This document shows positions 1 through 13,573 of a stretch of DNA of 64,000 nucleotides, one piece after another. Source of the stretch: an uncultured Chroococcidiopsis sp. (GTDB lineage Bacteria; Cyanobacteriota; Cyanobacteriia; Cyanobacteriales; Chroococcidiopsidaceae); the NCBI GenBank assembly GCA_964248365.1, contig CAXTYC010000002.1, positions 230,547 to 294,546 of the forward strand. Reading direction: 5' to 3'. How positions within the stretch are numbered: the stretch's first letter is position 1; each line of letters starts with the position of its first letter. The notes below the pieces were generated by a model that saw nothing but the letters and a program-made list of their open reading frames with translations, did no database searches and was not told where the DNA came from. A program made the position numbers and the translations under genes.

Positions 1-449
1 TTGGCATCAACACTGCCATTCGACCAGATGCTATGGGTATCGGCTTTGCTATCCCAATTAACAAAGCCAAAACAATCAAAGACAAGCTGATGCGTGGAGA
101 AAAAATTTCCCATCCCTACCTGGGCGTGGAAATGCGTACTATAACACCCCAGCTAGCACAGCAGAATAATAGCGATCCAAATTCTCCCATCCAAGTTCCT
201 GAAGTTAACGGTGTATTGGTGGTGCGAGTAGTGCCATCTTCCCCAGCTGCGACTGCTGGTTTACGACGGGGAGATGTAATTGTACAAATCGATGGGCAGA
301 ATATTACCAAGGCTGAACAGTTACAAAGTCTTGTCGAAGATACTAGCTTAGGGCAAGTATTACAGGTCAAAATTCGGCGTGGTAATCAAACCCAGCAAGT
401 GTCAGTACAAACAGGTGAGATGGAAAGTGCTTCCTTGAAGAGGGGCTAG
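1..449 (+). CDS. HtrA/HhoA-family serine protease, C-terminal part with PDZ domain (5'-truncated by window edge)
   Basis: Frame from position 3 reads GINTAIRPDAMGIGFAIP (end of trypsin domain), then PYLGV...SPAATAGLRRGDVIVQIDG (PDZ). ATG at 33 is internal. Confidence 0.9.
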   Translation, partial: GINTAIRPDAMGIGFAIPINKAKTIKDKLMRGEKISHPYLGVEMRTITPQLAQQNNSDPNSPIQVPEVNGVLVVRVVPSSPAATAGLRRGDVIVQIDGQNITKAEQLQSLVEDTSLGQVLQVKIRRGNQTQQVSVQTGEMESASLKRG

Positions 450-585
450 GGGCTAGGGACTAGAAGGGTGGCAGGGGGGCAGAGGAGCTTCAGGGGCAGA
501 GGGGATAAATTATGAATTACCTTTTCCCTTTTACCTTTTCCCTTTTCCCTTTTCCCTAGCCCCTAGCCCCTAGCCTCTAGTCCCT
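442..585. repeat. STRR-type heptamer arrays in mirror arrangement between convergent genes; probable bidirectional terminator-like stem
   Basis: GGGGCTA/GGGACTA units on the left, (C)TAGCCCC/TAGTCCC units on the right, CCTTTTC array inside. Confidence 0.8.
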
Positions 586-586
586 T

Positions 587-3500
587 TTATTCGTCATCAT
601 CATCAAAGTCATCGTCGTCTTCGTCTTCGTCCTCGTCCTCCAAATCATCGACCGAATCATCAATCATTAGATCGTCATCTTCATCCAGAATGGCAGGGCT
701 GCGATCAAAGCTGAAACCGTCTCCTAGTCCCCCTTCTAAACTGTAAGCACGGGCTGTGCGATCGTCTAGCACTACGTCCATTGGATCATCTACATCGTCA
801 AACATACCGCTAGTCATCGCGTCTAGATCATCATGGCTGGTAGCACTGATTTCTTCATAAGTGTTGAAACCAGTACCTGCTGGGATCAAGCGCCCAATAA
901 TCACGTTTTCTTTCAAACCACGCAACCAATCGGATTTTCCTTCGATCGCTGCTTCAGTCAGTACCCGCGTTGTTTCTTGGAAGGAGGCAGCAGAAATGAA
1001 GCTATCTGTATTCAAGGATGCCTTGGTAATACCCAATAGCACAGGGGTGTATTGTGCCTTTGCACCTCCGGTAATGCTCATTGCTTCATTTACTTGCTCA
1101 ACCTGGCGCAACTCTACTAGTTCTCCAGGCAGCATGGTAGTGTCGCCACCATCATCGATGCGTACCTTAGAAGTCATCTGCCGCACAATCACTTCAATAT
1201 GCTTGTCAGCAATATCAATCCCTTGAGATTGATACACCAGCTGTACTTCATTTACCAAAAAGGTTTGTACTCGCTGTAACCCTTCTAAGGCACTGGGATA
1301 AACTCCTTCGCGGAAATTGTAATTAAAGAATATCTCCAAAATTTCGTGGGGATTAGCAGGACCATCAGTTAGGGCTTGTCCTACCTCGACAGTAGCACCA
1401 TCGGCTACTACTGCATTCTGTCCAGGTCCAATTGGATACTCAGTAATGTTGCCAGAGTCTTCAATTACCTTAATGGCGATTGTTTCTTCCTCTAACCTCG
1501 TTACCTCTACAGTTCCAGGTTGACGAGCTAGAACGCAAGCTTCCTTGGGCTTACGCGCTTCTAGTAGCTCTTCAATTCTGGGCAAACCCTGGATAATATC
1601 ACCAGTTTTTGCTCGCTCGAACACTAGCAGCACTAGATTATCACCCCGTTGTACAAGTTCGCCGTCTTCTACCTGCAATACTGCACCGTTACTGACACGG
1701 TATGGACGACCTGTACGTAGTGTGATTTCATAAGTAGTATTTGCTAGTGCGCTATCCTCACCATTTTGGGTTGTAGGTTGGGTGTCTTGGGTGTCCTGTC
1801 GTTTGATTTCCAGTACTTGACCGGATTCTTCTGCCACAATTCCAGGTGAAATTTCGCTACCAGCTACTAGTAGTTCACCTTTTTTAAGGCGCGGACGCTC
1901 TTTTGTGGTCAGGGTCGTGCGATCGCTTTCTCTTAGTACTAAGATGCGGCGAATTGCTTCTGCTCCTTCTCTAATTCCTCGGATTTCTCCTGCATCTTTG
2001 CACTGAATTTCTGTTTGGGCTACAACTGCGTCAGGTGGAATTACTTGCCCATCTTCGACGAGCAATTTAGTAGAGGTACTTCCTTGAGTAGCATCTGCTG
2101 CAACATCGCGGCGGATTACCAATGATTCCAAAATCACCAGCTGTAATCGCTGAAGATTTGGATCTTCGGCATCCTGAATCAATTCAATATCCGCTACCAT
2201 TGGCGAACCGCTATGTTCTGCTACAGTATCCTGCTCAATTTCCAACACTAGTTGGGTACGCAGCAGTTCGACTCCTTCGATTGATTTCACTCGTTCGGAG
2301 TCTTTGTAAGTTACACGCTGTACTGCGCGTAATTCAATCCGGCGACCCGATTGATTGACAGATTGCGTACTCGGTACGGCTGGAGAATTTGGCACGGCAT
2401 ATTCAACCACTGGTCTGAGCAATAAAGCTGGACCTTCTGGAGATTCCACGTATTCGATGTAACGTATATCCGAGAGCGTATGCCCTGGAATAATTTCCTC
2501 TCCAGGCTGAGCTATCTGTCCATCGCGTCCAATTACTGCTTCTGGATCATCTACCATCAGCAGCTCACCTGGTTTGATCACCAGTTCCCGCAGAATATCG
2601 TTTTTCTGCGTTACCGTAACAACACCATTGGTTTGGGCAAAGATATCCTTGACTACTTCGGTTCCGGCTTCGACATATTGACCGTCTTCTACCATCAATA
2701 GGGAGATATCCTTATTGACTTCGTGGGTTTCTTCAGGAATCCACAACAAGGTTCCACCTTGCACGACTTCATAGCCAAGCTTGGCTTTGCCTTTCTTGCC
2801 GATTTCCACTCCGGCATATTTAATCATGCCACCAGTGGTAGTGCGATAAGAATCATCAATTAGCTCTGCCACCACTTGGTTATTTTGGACTTTGGTTCCT
2901 GGTGTGGCTAACAGAGAAAACTGTTGATTGTTGTTGGTTTCAATTATGTAGTGATCGCGTCCTTGGAAACTTTCGGATCTTACAGTAGCAGTGTCTAAAA
3001 CGACCGATGCGGTAATGATTTCAATTTCCCGCTGTCGCCCTGATTCTCCGGTTTGCGGCAAGCGTACCTTACCTCCGTGCAGGCTGGTGAGCTTCATTTG
3101 CGCCAGTACGCTGCCTGGTTCTACGCGATCGCCGTTATTTACAGATGGTTCTGCGCCTGGGGGCAGGTTGTAAACTTCTCCAGACAAAATCCAAATCAAA
3201 CCGCCTCTGCTCGCGGTTGTAGTTGTATTGCCTTGGCGATCAGTTTTTTCTTCCGCCACCACATCGGCAAATTTCACTTCTCCTGCTAAGTCAGAAGCTA
3301 CATCTTTAGTAATTTTTTCCGTACTTGTTCTGGTAGTACGACTACCAATTGCCACTTCTGCTAGGAGTTGTGCGGTTTTAACACTCTGACCATCTTTAAT
3401 GTAGAGCGTTGAATTTTGGGTAATAGGAATAGTTATTGCCCTGCCCCCACCCGCTGGCTCCAAAGTTAGAGAACCGTTGCTTTCTGCTAGCAGGGCATCT

Positions 3501-4639
3501 TCACCGTGACGAGTTCTAAATGGTCTTGTCCGCAAGCTGCGAGGAATACGAATAGTACCATCGAGTTCTGCTCGCTCTTGTCGAGCCACTTCCCCAGTAA
3601 ACACACCACCAGTGTGGAATGTCCGCATGGTTAGCTGGGTTCCTGGTTCACCAATACTTTGGGCAGCGATAATGCCAACCGCTTCACCCAAATCGACCAT
3701 TTTAGCATGAGCTAGGCTCCAACCGTAGCAGTGTTGGCAGACCGATCGCGCCGCTTCGCAGGTAAGGGGCGATCGCACCATAACTTCTTCGACCTGGGCT
3801 TTTTGAATGGCGATCGCTAGCTCATCAGACATTGGCTGGTTTTTTTGCGCCAGCACTTCTTTGGTTTTTGGATGAACCACATCTTCCAGGCATACTCTAC
3901 CCAGCAAGCGGGAGGCAAGGGGAATCATCGTGCGGCTGCCGTCTTTCATGGCTCGAATTGGAATTCCCCGCGTGGTTCCACAATCTATCTCCCGAATGAT
4001 GACATCCTGAGACACGTCTACCAAGCGCCTCGTGAGATAGCCGGAATCTGCCGTTCTTAAGGCTGTATCCACTAGCCCTTTTCTCGCACCGTAGGACGAA
4101 ATAATATATTCGGTAACAGTCAGCCCTTCTCGGAAATTAGTTTTAATTGGCAGGTCAATAATTTCCCCTTGCGGATCTGCCATTAGTCCCCGCATTCCTA
4201 CTAACTGACGGACTTGGGAAATATTCCCCCTAGCTCCAGAGAAAGCCATCATGTAGACGGAATTGAGCGGGTTAGTAGCCCTAAAATGTTGTACTACTTC
4301 GTCTTTAAGTGCTTCACTGGTACTATTCCAGGTATCAATTACTTTTTGGAAGCGTTCTACTTCTGTGATTTCGCCGCGTGTATAGCGCTCTTCTGTAGCG
4401 CGAATTTCGGCTTCGGCGGCTTCCAATAGCGCTCTTTTGCTGGGCGGAACCATCAAGTCATCTACACTAATCGAAACCCCAGCTTTAGTAGCGTAGCGAA
4501 ATCCTAAATCTTTTAGACGGTCAGCCATTGCTGCTGTACGGGCAGTGCCATAATGCATAAACGCCCAAGCAATCAAATTCTTCAGCTGACCCTTGTCAAC
4601 CATCCGATTCCGAAAAATCATTTCCTTGCCGTCTGCCAT
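587..4639 (-). CDS. rpoC2: DNA-directed RNA polymerase subunit beta' (cyanobacterial RpoC2)
   Basis: [17 protein letters not shown] start, [16 protein letters not shown], large SI3 insertion, [16 protein letters not shown], acidic tail. Start placed at ATG 4639 because the upstream 34 codons are translated repeats. Confidence 0.98.
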   Translation of the reverse strand: MADGKEMIFRNRMVDKGQLKNLIAWAFMHYGTARTAAMADRLKDLGFRYATKAGVSISVDDLMVPPSKRALLEAAEAEIRATEERYTRGEITEVERFQKVIDTWNSTSEALKDEVVQHFRATNPLNSVYMMAFSGARGNISQVRQLVGMRGLMADPQGEIIDLPIKTNFREGLTVTEYIISSYGARKGLVDTALRTADSGYLTRRLVDVSQDVIIREIDCGTTRGIPIRAMKDGSRTMIPLASRLLGRVCLEDVVHPKTKEVLAQKNQPMSDELAIAIQKAQVEEVMVRSPLTCEAARSVCQHCYGWSLAHAKMVDLGEAVGIIAAQSIGEPGTQLTMRTFHTGGVFTGEVARQERAELDGTIRIPRSLRTRPFRTRHGEDALLAESNGSLTLEPAGGGRAITIPITQNSTLYIKDGQSVKTAQLLAEVAIGSRTTRTSTEKITKDVASDLAGEVKFADVVAEEKTDRQGNTTTTASRGGLIWILSGEVYNLPPGAEPSVNNGDRVEPGSVLAQMKLTSLHGGKVRLPQTGESGRQREIEIITASVVLDTATVRSESFQGRDHYIIETNNNQQFSLLATPGTKVQNNQVVAELIDDSYRTTTGGMIKYAGVEIGKKGKAKLGYEVVQGGTLLWIPEETHEVNKDISLLMVEDGQYVEAGTEVVKDIFAQTNGVVTVTQKNDILRELVIKPGELLMVDDPEAVIGRDGQIAQPGEEIIPGHTLSDIRYIEYVESPEGPALLLRPVVEYAVPNSPAVPSTQSVNQSGRRIELRAVQRVTYKDSERVKSIEGVELLRTQLVLEIEQDTVAEHSGSPMVADIELIQDAEDPNLQRLQLVILESLVIRRDVAADATQGSTSTKLLVEDGQVIPPDAVVAQTEIQCKDAGEIRGIREGAEAIRRILVLRESDRTTLTTKERPRLKKGELLVAGSEISPGIVAEESGQVLEIKRQDTQDTQPTTQNGEDSALANTTYEITLRTGRPYRVSNGAVLQVEDGELVQRGDNLVLLVFERAKTGDIIQGLPRIEELLEARKPKEACVLARQPGTVEVTRLEEETIAIKVIEDSGNITEYPIGPGQNAVVADGATVEVGQALTDGPANPHEILEIFFNYNFREGVYPSALEGLQRVQTFLVNEVQLVYQSQGIDIADKHIEVIVRQMTSKVRIDDGGDTTMLPGELVELRQVEQVNEAMSITGGAKAQYTPVLLGITKASLNTDSFISAASFQETTRVLTEAAIEGKSDWLRGLKENVIIGRLIPAGTGFNTYEEISATSHDDLDAMTSGMFDDVDDPMDVVLDDRTARAYSLEGGLGDGFSFDRSPAILDEDDDLMIDDSVDDLEDEDEDEDDDDFDDDDE

Positions 4640-4644
4640 GTTCT

Positions 4645-4790
4645 TTAGGGAGTAGGGAGTAGGGAGTAGGGAGTAGGGTAAGGGGCAAGGGGGCAAAAGG
4701 GGAGAGGTGGAATCAGGGGAGAGTGGGAGAATTTCACACAAACACCTTATCCCCGTATCACCTCATCACCCCATCCTCTTGCCTCTTGCC
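4645..4790. repeat. STRR-type tandem repeats in rpoC1-rpoC2 spacer
   Basis: TAGGGAG x4, purine-rich GGGGAGA units and complementary pyrimidine-rich units. Confidence 0.75.
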
Positions 4791-4791
4791 T

Positions 4792-6666
4792 CTAGATCAG
4801 TGCTTCCTGAATTGCCTTGTTGTAAATGATTCGACCTGGAGTTGTGCGAATGAACTGGGAAATTAGATTACCAGATGCATCTTCCCGCACTCGGCGCTCT
4901 TTATATTGTTTGGCAACTGTACCATCACTCAATTGCTCTACCTGCAAAGGCTCTGTATCTGGTTCTGCCGAATCCACCTGCCCATCAAAGCGCACCCAGA
5001 CTTTGGCGTGTAGATCAACCAGATCTTGTTCATACGCCATAATCGCGTCATCTAGGGAAGCAAAGTAGCGTCCAGCTCCTTTAGTACTATTGGGATTCTC
5101 TGCTGTTAGGTAATAGCAGCCCAGCACCATATCCTGGCTAGGGGTGATAATTGGTCTGCCTGTGGCTGGTGACAGAACATTGTTGGAAGCCAGCATCAAC
5201 AGCCTTGCTTCTGATTGCGACTCCAGAGATAAAGGTACGTGTACCGCCATTTGGTCGCCGTCAAAGTCAGCGTTAAATGCTGGACACACCAAGGGATGTA
5301 GCTGAATGGCGCGACCTTCTACCAAAATCGGTTCAAAGGATTGAATACCTAACCTGTGTAGGGTAGGAGCGCGGTTCAGCAGGACGGGATGCCCTTCGAT
5401 CACTTCTTCCAACACATCCCACACGCTGGGATCACCGCGTTGGATTAGTTTTTTAGCAGCTTTGATGTTATTGACAACACCGCTACGAATTAGCCGATGG
5501 ATCACAAACGGCTGAAACAGTTCGATCGCCATTTCTCTTGGCAATCCGCACTGGTGAATTTTTAATTTTGGTCCTACTACAATTACTGAGCGTCCCGAAT
5601 AGTCCACTCGTTTTCCTAGCAGGTTTTGGCGGAAACGACCTTGCTTTCCTTCAATAATGTCAGAAAGAGATTTCAGCGGTCGGTTGTTTGCCCCCACTAC
5701 AGTGCGACCCCGACGACCATTGTCAATTAGGGCATCTACTGCTTCTTGCAGCATCCGCTTTTCGTTACGCACGATAATCTCTGGAGCAAGAATTTCTTGC
5801 AGCCGTGCCAAGCGGTTATTGCGGTTAATTACCCGTCGATACAGGTCATTCAAATCGCTGGTAGCAAAGCGACCTCCATCTAGCTGCACCATTGGGCGCA
5901 AATCTGGGGGAATGACTGGAATATAAGTCATTACCATCCACTCAGGTTTGGAACCTGTAGCGATGAAGTTGTCAATCACTCGCAACCGCTTGATTAGCTT
6001 TGCTCGCTTTTGCCCTTTGGCATTGCCAATTTCTTCTCGCAGTTTCTCTGCTTCTGTTTCTAAATTAATGTCTGCCAGTAGTCGCGCCAGTGCTTCGGCT
6101 CCAATTCCCACTTCTACACCAGTCAGTTGGGAATCTTCGCTGTAAAGTTGGTCTTCAATTTCAATCCACTGGTCTTCACTAAGCAGCTGCTTGTAGGTAA
6201 GAGTGTCGGCATTACCAGGAGCCAAGACAACATAGGCATTAAAGTAGACGATTTGTTCTACATCCCGCAATGGCATATCCAGCAAAATTGCGATGTAGCT
6301 GGGAATGCCTTTGAGATACCAAACATGAGCAACTGGGGCAGCCAGTTTAATAAATCCCATGCGATGACGACGAACGCGGGATTCAGTCACTTCTACGCCG
6401 CAGCGCTCACATACAATTCCCCGATGGCGCACTCGCTTGTATTTACCGCAATGACATTCCCAATCCTTAGCAGGACCAAAGATGCGCTCACAAAATAGCC
6501 CATCCATCTCAGGCTTGAGCGTTCTGTAATTAATTGTTTCCGGCTTTGTTACTTCACCAACTAGCTGACCATTTGGCAAGGTTCTTTCTCCCCATTGCCG
6601 AATTCGGTCTGGTGAAGCAATACCAATTTTTACGTAGTCGAACTGATTTACTAGGGGAGTTCTCAT
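4792..6666 (-). CDS. rpoC1: DNA-directed RNA polymerase subunit gamma
   Basis: Zn finger CHCGK...CERC and catalytic NADFDGD motif; 624 aa. Confidence 0.99.
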   Translation of the reverse strand: MRTPLVNQFDYVKIGIASPDRIRQWGERTLPNGQLVGEVTKPETINYRTLKPEMDGLFCERIFGPAKDWECHCGKYKRVRHRGIVCERCGVEVTESRVRRHRMGFIKLAAPVAHVWYLKGIPSYIAILLDMPLRDVEQIVYFNAYVVLAPGNADTLTYKQLLSEDQWIEIEDQLYSEDSQLTGVEVGIGAEALARLLADINLETEAEKLREEIGNAKGQKRAKLIKRLRVIDNFIATGSKPEWMVMTYIPVIPPDLRPMVQLDGGRFATSDLNDLYRRVINRNNRLARLQEILAPEIIVRNEKRMLQEAVDALIDNGRRGRTVVGANNRPLKSLSDIIEGKQGRFRQNLLGKRVDYSGRSVIVVGPKLKIHQCGLPREMAIELFQPFVIHRLIRSGVVNNIKAAKKLIQRGDPSVWDVLEEVIEGHPVLLNRAPTLHRLGIQSFEPILVEGRAIQLHPLVCPAFNADFDGDQMAVHVPLSLESQSEARLLMLASNNVLSPATGRPIITPSQDMVLGCYYLTAENPNSTKGAGRYFASLDDAIMAYEQDLVDLHAKVWVRFDGQVDSAEPDTEPLQVEQLSDGTVAKQYKERRVREDASGNLISQFIRTTPGRIIYNKAIQEALI

Positions 6667-6671
6667 AGATA

Positions 6672-6840
6672 AAGGATGAAGTATGAAGTGGGAAGTATGA
6701 AGTATGAAGTATGAAGGAGTTGTGGAGTTGTGGAGGTGTGGAGTTGTGGAGTTGTGGAATATTTAATTCTTTCCCGAGTCCCGAGTTCCTTTCCCCTTTT
6801 TCCTTTTTCCTTTTTGGCTTTAGCCTTTATCCTTCATCCT
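6672..6840. repeat. Nested heptamer repeats in rpoB-rpoC1 spacer
   Basis: GAAGTAT array, GGAGTTGT array and CCTTTTT array. Outer ends GATAAAGGATGAAG / CCTTTATCCTTCATCCT are roughly complementary. Confidence 0.7.
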
Positions 6841-6843
6841 TTG

Positions 6844-9800
6844 TTAAATTTCTTCTTCTTCCAATGACTCGCGGCTGAGCGATTCATAAGTGGGTCGTGA
6901 GGGAGTACGACGACCAGCGGGATCTGCCATCAAATCTACTTCCACGTCTAAAGTACTGCCGCTACCGTCTGTTTGGGTTTCGACTTTATGCACAGCAATG
7001 TCTAATCCTAGAGACTGGAGTTCTCGCATTAGCACTTTGAATGATTCTGGTGTACCAGGTCTTGGAATCGCCTTGCCTTTGACGATCGCATTTAATGCTT
7101 CGTTCCGTCCCTGCATATCGTCGGATTTTACCGTCAGCAATTCCTGCAAGGTGTATGCCGCTCCAAATGCTTCCAATGCCCACACTTCCATTTCTCCAAA
7201 TCGCTGACCTCCTTGTTGCGCTTTGCCGCCCAAAGGCTGCTGTGTTACCAAAGAGTATGGTCCGGTCGAACGAGCGTGGATCTTGTCATCTACCAGGTGT
7301 ACTAGTTTCAGCATATACGCCATGCCGATTGTGATTGGGCGATCAAATGGTTCCCCAGTCCGACCATCAAACACCTGGATTTTGCCTGCATTTTCTGGGT
7401 CATATAACCAATCCTCACCATTGCGATCGCGCGCTTCCATCAGTTTGCCATGCACAATCGTTCTGGAAGACTCTTCTCCATACATCTCGTCAAACGGAGT
7501 CAGTTTAAACCGTAATCCTAGATTGGCTCCTGCCCAACCCAACAGACACTCAAACACTTGACCCACGTTCATCCGCGAAGGCACACCCAAGGGATTTAGC
7601 ACAATATCCACCGATCTGCCATCTGGCAAGTAGGGCATATCTTCCACTGGGAGGATGCGAGAAATAATTCCCTTATTTCCGTGCCTTCCTGCCATTTTGT
7701 CGCCTACTTGGATCTTACGCTTCTGGGCTACGTACACCCGTACAACCATATTTGCCCCAGGTGGCAGCTCGTCCCCTTGTTCGCGGGTAAATACCCGCAC
7801 ATCGACTACACGCCCTTTTTCACCGTTAGGTACTCTGAGCGAGTTGTCACGTACATCCCGCGCCTTTTCACCAAAAATTGCCCGTAGCAGCTTTTCTTCT
7901 GGCGGCTGATCTGATTCACCTTTGGGCGTTACTTTCCCCACCAAGATATCCCCAGACTCTACCCAGGCTCCAATGCGGATAATTCCTTGCTCATCAAGCT
8001 GCCGCAGAGAATCTTCCCCAACATTGGGAATTTCCCGTGTGATTTCTTCTGGTCCTAGCTTTGTCTGCCGTGCCTCAATTTCATACTTCTCAATATGAAT
8101 TGAGGTGTATAGGTCTTCCTGTACCAGCCTTTCTGAGATCAAAATCGCGTCTTCGTAGTTGTAGCCTTCCCAAGGCATATACGCGACTAAGATATTTTGT
8201 CCCAGCGCTAGTTCACCGCCCTCGGTAGAGGAGCCATCGGCTATGACTTGACCTGCTGCAACTTTGTCACCTTTTTGTACCAAAGGACGCTGATTCAAGC
8301 AGGTGTCTTGGTTAGAGCGCTGATACTTAGAAATGGGATACTCAATTTCCCCGCCCCCATTGGAGCGAACGCGAATCTTGGTAGCATCTACATAACTAAT
8401 TTCGCCATCAGTACGGCTGATGATCACCATTCCAGAGTCCCGTGCTGCCTGTGCCTCTAATCCAGTTCCTACCAAGGGTCGCTCTGGTCTTAGCAAAGGC
8501 ACTGCTTGCCGCTGCATATTAGAACCCATCAGGGCGCGGTTAGCGTCGTCATGCTCCAAGAATGGAATCAAACTCGTAGCCACTGACACAATCTGTACAG
8601 GAGACACCGCTACGTAGTCCACTTGATCCGGTGTCGTCGTAGTGAATTCCTGCCGATACCTCACTGGTACTTGTGGTCCAATGATATAACCATTTTCATC
8701 TACGGGAATATCACCTGGGGCAACGCGAATGTCATCCTCTTCATCGGCTGTCATATACACGGGCGGCAGGTCAAATCGTACCCGCCCGTTTTCTACAGGT
8801 CTAGATGGCGTTTCCAAAAAGCCATATTGATTTACTTTGGCATGAGTTGCCAAAGAGCCAATCAAACCAGCGTTTGGACCTTCTGGCGTTTCAATTGGGC
8901 AAATGCGTCCATAGTGGGATGGGTGAATATCCCGCACAGCAAATCCAGCGCGTTCTCTGGTTAATCCCCCTGGACCTAGTGCTGATAGTCGGCGTTTGTG
9001 AGTCAGTTCTGCTAGGGGATTGGTTTGATCCATAAACTGGCTCAATTGGCTGGAGCCGAAGAACTCCTTAATTGCTGCTACCAGTGGTTTGGGGTTGACC
9101 AATGAAGTCGGAATTAGGTTTTCTACATCCGAAACGGTCATACGTTCGCGGATAATCCGCTCTAAGCGGTTTAGTCCCACTCTGACTTGATTTTGCAGCA
9201 ATTCACCTACGCTTCTGACTCGCCTGTTACCCAGGTGGTCAATGTCATCGGTGCTACCCATGTCAAACTCTAGGTTAATTAGGTAGTCGATCGCCGCCAA
9301 AATATCAGTAGGTGTCAATACTCGGGTCGTATCAGGAATTGATAACCGTAACTTCTTGTTCAGTTTGTATCTACCTACACGCCCTAGATCGTATCGCTTC
9401 GGATCAAAAAAGCGAGAATCTAGTAACTGTTGACCGCCCAATACTGTCGGGGGTTCGCCTGGGCGTAATTTGCGATACAACTCCATCAGGGCATCTTCTT
9501 CCGAGAACTGCCCTTCTTTCTCAATCGTCTTTTGAAAATACTCTGGGTGACGCAATGCGTCCATAATTTCATTGTCAGTTAGACCCAGTGCTTTCAATAG
9601 TACCTGAGCTGACAATTTTCGGGTTTTATCAATTCGTACCCAGACTAAATCGTTGCGATCTGTTTCAAATTTCAGCCATGCCCCTCGGTTGGGGATTAAG
9701 CTAGCGCTGTAAGTACGGCGACCGTTTTTATCAATTTCTGATTTGTAGTAAACTCCTGGCGATCGGACAATTTGGTTAACAATTACCCGTTCTGCTCCAT

Positions 9801-10149
9801 TAATGATGAAGGTTCCCCGATCTGTCATCAAGGGCAAATCGCCGATAAACACTTCTTGCTCTTTAATTTCGCCCGTTTCTTTGTTAATCAGGCGTGTAGG
9901 TACATACATCTGTACCGCATAGGTACTATCACGCCGCTTAGCTTCGTCTACGTCGTATTTGGGTTGCTTGAGTTTATAATTTTGACCCAATAAGTGTAGT
10001 TCCAGCTTGCCAGTGTAGTCTGTAATCGGTGAGAAGCTGTTGAGTTCTTCAATCAGTCCTTCTTCTAAAAACCAGCGGAAGCTTGCTTTTTGGATTTCAA
10101 TTAAATCGGGCAGCAGGAAGGCGGGTTCTATATGGTTTTCGTTAGTCAT
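6844..10149 (-). CDS. rpoB: DNA-directed RNA polymerase subunit beta
   Basis: [48 protein letters not shown]; 1101 aa. Confidence 0.99.
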   Translation of the reverse strand: MTNENHIEPAFLLPDLIEIQKASFRWFLEEGLIEELNSFSPITDYTGKLELHLLGQNYKLKQPKYDVDEAKRRDSTYAVQMYVPTRLINKETGEIKEQEVFIGDLPLMTDRGTFIINGAERVIVNQIVRSPGVYYKSEIDKNGRRTYSASLIPNRGAWLKFETDRNDLVWVRIDKTRKLSAQVLLKALGLTDNEIMDALRHPEYFQKTIEKEGQFSEEDALMELYRKLRPGEPPTVLGGQQLLDSRFFDPKRYDLGRVGRYKLNKKLRLSIPDTTRVLTPTDILAAIDYLINLEFDMGSTDDIDHLGNRRVRSVGELLQNQVRVGLNRLERIIRERMTVSDVENLIPTSLVNPKPLVAAIKEFFGSSQLSQFMDQTNPLAELTHKRRLSALGPGGLTRERAGFAVRDIHPSHYGRICPIETPEGPNAGLIGSLATHAKVNQYGFLETPSRPVENGRVRFDLPPVYMTADEEDDIRVAPGDIPVDENGYIIGPQVPVRYRQEFTTTTPDQVDYVAVSPVQIVSVATSLIPFLEHDDANRALMGSNMQRQAVPLLRPERPLVGTGLEAQAARDSGMVIISRTDGEISYVDATKIRVRSNGGGEIEYPISKYQRSNQDTCLNQRPLVQKGDKVAAGQVIADGSSTEGGELALGQNILVAYMPWEGYNYEDAILISERLVQEDLYTSIHIEKYEIEARQTKLGPEEITREIPNVGEDSLRQLDEQGIIRIGAWVESGDILVGKVTPKGESDQPPEEKLLRAIFGEKARDVRDNSLRVPNGEKGRVVDVRVFTREQGDELPPGANMVVRVYVAQKRKIQVGDKMAGRHGNKGIISRILPVEDMPYLPDGRSVDIVLNPLGVPSRMNVGQVFECLLGWAGANLGLRFKLTPFDEMYGEESSRTIVHGKLMEARDRNGEDWLYDPENAGKIQVFDGRTGEPFDRPITIGMAYMLKLVHLVDDKIHARSTGPYSLVTQQPLGGKAQQGGQRFGEMEVWALEAFGAAYTLQELLTVKSDDMQGRNEALNAIVKGKAIPRPGTPESFKVLMRELQSLGLDIAVHKVETQTDGSGSTLDVEVDLMADPAGRRTPSRPTYESLSRESLEEEEI

Positions 10150-10779
10150 GCGTCTATGTAGCTCTCTACTTGTTTAGAAGGTGTTGATTTTAGGGAACGC
10201 CCCTCTTTACTACCTGTTACTGACAACAGGCGCTTGCCTTGCGCCAAAAAAAGAAACTTGCTTTTGATGTTTTGACTTGTACAATATTTTCTATTCGCTA
10301 CCCTTGGTTGTTAATCCAGCATTAGGTACTAGCGTCCTACACAGCTGGGCTAGGTATTGTAGCGACTATTGCTACCTCCACCTGACACACGGCATTACTA
10401 TCACTTCTTGTTTTGTCATTTCACCACTCATCGCTTGCGGATTGGAACGCTCTATTATTTGCGCCCACTAGCTGCAATCATCCTCAAAGCTAAATTTTTG
10501 ATCGTTCGTTTATCCTGTGTTGACCAGCTGCTTTTTGCTGGCACATGAACTCAATTTCTGCCATCTTTGAGAGAGGGAAGGGGAGAGGAAATTTTGTCTA
10601 TGGGCTATTGGCTACCCTTGTCAAGTGGTAAAAGTTTAAATTTGTAAATTTGTGCGCGATCTAGTCCAAGGTTTGATGGCAAAATAGTTTCATATATGCT
10701 CCTTAACTATTATGACGCTTTTGCTATAGCTTTGTAGGGGGCGGATTTACTCACTCCTCGGTTTCGTATTATCCGTTCT

Positions 10780-11565
10780 TTACACTGACAAGCTAAACAA
10801 TTCACAAGCATTTTGGGTTGTTTGCCGTGCGATCGCATCTTCATCTACTTGTCGCAGGCTAGCAAGTGACTGGGCTACGTAACGCACGTTGGCAGGTTCA
10901 TTCCGCCGCTCTTTCCTTTTGGGTACGGGAGTCAAAAACGGGCAATCAGTTTCAATCAGCAAGCGATCGCTTTTAACCATTTGTGCCGAGGCTTGTATTT
11001 GCGCGGCATTTTTAAACGTCACTATGCCACTGAAGCTAATATAAAAGCCCAATTCGAGAAACCATTCGGTTTCTTCTGGTGTTCCAGTCCAGCAGTGCAT
11101 CACCCCCCTTACTTTTTTACCCTCACGAGCAATAGTCTGGTGTAAAATATCTCGTACAGAGGATGCTGCCTCTCGACAATGGATAATTACTGGTAAGTCG
11201 AGAGAGGATGCTATATTCAGCTGCGCTTCAAACACCTCCACCTGCTGCTTTTGATTATCACAGTGGTAAAAATCCAGCCCAGTTTCTCCAATTGCCACTA
11301 CTTTCGCGTCAGAACGAGCTAAGGTAAAAATTTCCTCCTCCATTTTTGGTGTCCACTTGTGGGCATCTTGGGGATGCAAGCCGACAGCAAAGTGTATCTC
11401 TGGAAATCGACGGGCTAAAGCTTGAATGCTGGCAAATTCTGACGGTTCGACACAGGAATGAACCAAACGAATCACACCAGCTTCTTGCCAACGCGATCGC
11501 ACTGCCTCCAAGTCCGGCTCAAAAACATCAAAGTTAAGATGAACGTGAGAGTCTATCAGCTGCAT
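10780..11565 (-). CDS. tatD: TatD family hydrolase/DNase
   Basis: [38 protein letters not shown] motifs; usual position between rpsT and rpoB. Confidence 0.93.
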   Translation of the reverse strand: MQLIDSHVHLNFDVFEPDLEAVRSRWQEAGVIRLVHSCVEPSEFASIQALARRFPEIHFAVGLHPQDAHKWTPKMEEEIFTLARSDAKVVAIGETGLDFYHCDNQKQQVEVFEAQLNIASSLDLPVIIHCREAASSVRDILHQTIAREGKKVRGVMHCWTGTPEETEWFLELGFYISFSGIVTFKNAAQIQASAQMVKSDRLLIETDCPFLTPVPKRKERRNEPANVRYVAQSLASLRQVDEDAIARQTTQNACELFSLSV

Positions 11566-11686
11566 AACTAAAGGATGAAGTTTGTTCGCTTAGTTGCCGC
11601 CGGCGCGCAGATGTTGTTTGAAGAAGGAACAAGTGTAAAGGTTTAAATTCAGTCCTTTACCCTTTTTGCCTTTAGCCTTTTTGCCT

Positions 11687-11989
11687 TTATCCTTCAGCCT
11701 TAGCTAGTTCATACTGTTTGAGTCTTTTAGCTAAGCGGGACTTTTTCCTTGCCCCATTATTGCGATGTAACACGCCACGCTTTACGGCTTTGTCAATTTT
11801 GCTGTATGCTGCTGCCATGTGTTGCTCTACAACGGTCTTTTGTTCTGGGGTAGGATTAGCAGCATAGGTTTCTACAGCGCTAAAGTACTTTTTCATCAGC
11901 GTCTTCACAGCTGAGGTGTATGCTTTATTCCGCAGCCGATTGCGCTCGGCTATTTTGACACGCTTAAGAGCAGACTTTGTATTTGCCAC
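11687..11989 (-). CDS. rpsT: 30S ribosomal protein S20
   Basis: [21 protein letters not shown]...[25 protein letters not shown] start. Confidence 0.98.
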   Translation of the reverse strand: MANTKSALKRVKIAERNRLRNKAYTSAVKTLMKKYFSAVETYAANPTPEQKTVVEQHMAAAYSKIDKAVKRGVLHRNNGARKKSRLAKRLKQYELAKAEG

Positions 11990-12201
11990 AGTTAGGTTAA
12001 GAAGAACTATCGATAATTAGACAAAATCCTAGATGTACTAATATAGCATCATGTTGCCAATATTGCGATTCTCATAAAAATCCAGGTTAAGCTAGAGGAA
12101 CGAGGATAAATAGGCTTTAAAGGCTTTGCCCTTCGGGGGTAAAGAATTTAAAATATTTATTCTCACCTAAGAAATTCCTAGATTGGCATCCCGCGAACTC
12201 C

Positions 12202-13536
12202 ATGCTGCGAATCATTACTCAGCAGGCTGAAGTACGAGCAGAACTACAGCGGATCTGCGATCGCACTCACGACGACTCTGTAGCTCACAAAGAAGCGACG
12301 GTTCGGGAGGTGCTTCAAGCCGTGAAGCGCCAAGGAGACCGCGCCGTATTGCACTATACCGCAGAATTCGATCATCAAACTCTTAAACCAGAAGACCTGC
12401 GTGTCAGCGGCTCGGAACTGGATGCAGCTTATCAGCAGGTTTCTAAAGATTTATTAAGCGCGATTAAGTTGGCTTGTCGCCAAATTGAAGCTTTTCACCG
12501 CCAGCGCATTCCCAAATCCTGGGTTCAGTTTGGAGATGATGAAGTGGTATTAGGCAAGCGCTACACTCCAGTGGACCGAGCAGGATTATACATTCCTGGG
12601 GGTCGAGGTGCGTATCCCAGTAGCGTCCTGATGAACGCGATTCCAGCTAAGGTGGCAGGAGTACCGCGCCGAGTAATGGTAACGCCGCCAGGAATAGGTA
12701 AGTCAATTAATCCAACTGTCTTAGTTGCGGCACAAGAAGCAGGGGTAGAAGAAATATATCGCGTTGGAGGCGCTCAAGCGATCGCGGCTTTAGCTTATGG
12801 AACAGAAACGATTCCTAAAGTTAACGTGATCACAGGTCCTGGTAACATTTATGTAACTTTGGCAAAAAAACTCGTATACGGCACAGTTGGGATTGACTCG
12901 TTAGCAGGACCTTCAGAAGTGCTGATTATCGCTGACGAAAGTGCTAATCCGGTGTATGTGGCAGCTGATTTATTGGCGCAGGCAGAACACGATCCAATGG
13001 CAGCGGCAATTTTATTGACAACGGATGCGAGTTTAGCTAAAAGTGTACAAGTTGCGATTGAGCGGCAGCTAGTAGATCATCCACGCCGAACTTTAACCGA
13101 GAAAGCGATCGCGCACTACGGCTTAATTGTTGTCGTAGACTCACTAATCGCCGCCGCCGAACTGTCAAATGAATTCGCTCCCGAACACCTGGAACTAGAA
13201 GTAGCTGACCCTTGGGCGTTACTCGAACATATTCGCCATGCAGGAGCCATTTTCCTTGGTTGTGCTACACCCGAAGCGGTGGGAGACTATCTGGCAGGAC
13301 CTAATCATACCCTGCCTACTTCTGGTGCTGCCCGCTACGCTTCTGCTCTAGGTGTAGAAACCTTCCTCAAACACTCTAGTATCATCGAGTACTCACCAAC
13401 AGCACTCCAAAAAGTAGCTGGTGCAATTGACACATTAGCAACAGCGGAGGGCTTGCATTCCCATGCTCAGTCTGTAAGACTGCGGATGCAAGGGTTAGAA
13501 ACTGATCAATGGGAACTTGGAACAAAGGGACAATGA
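12202..13536 (+). CDS. hisD: Histidinol dehydrogenase
   Basis: GLYIPGG, GGAQAIAALAYGTE, AGPSE, AQAEHD, APEHLEL, GDYLAGPNHTLPT. Confidence 0.97.
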   Translation: MLRIITQQAEVRAELQRICDRTHDDSVAHKEATVREVLQAVKRQGDRAVLHYTAEFDHQTLKPEDLRVSGSELDAAYQQVSKDLLSAIKLACRQIEAFHRQRIPKSWVQFGDDEVVLGKRYTPVDRAGLYIPGGRGAYPSSVLMNAIPAKVAGVPRRVMVTPPGIGKSINPTVLVAAQEAGVEEIYRVGGAQAIAALAYGTETIPKVNVITGPGNIYVTLAKKLVYGTVGIDSLAGPSEVLIIADESANPVYVAADLLAQAEHDPMAAAILLTTDASLAKSVQVAIERQLVDHPRRTLTEKAIAHYGLIVVVDSLIAAAELSNEFAPEHLELEVADPWALLEHIRHAGAIFLGCATPEAVGDYLAGPNHTLPTSGAARYASALGVETFLKHSSIIEYSPTALQKVAGAIDTLATAEGLHSHAQSVRLRMQGLETDQWELGTKGQ

Positions 13537-13573
13537 CCCTTAGCCCTAGGAAAGCACAAAGGAGGTTTGGGCA

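Noticed and set aside
4640..4741. 34-aa N-terminal extension of RpoC2 in the ORF track
   Set aside because: It is translated TAGGGAG/GGGGAGA repeats; the conserved sequence begins at ATG 4639.
587..10149. Inteins or introns in rpo genes, and the many short antisense ORFs over them
   Set aside because: Lengths and motifs match normal cyanobacterial subunits, and the antisense ORFs are shadows of codon bias.
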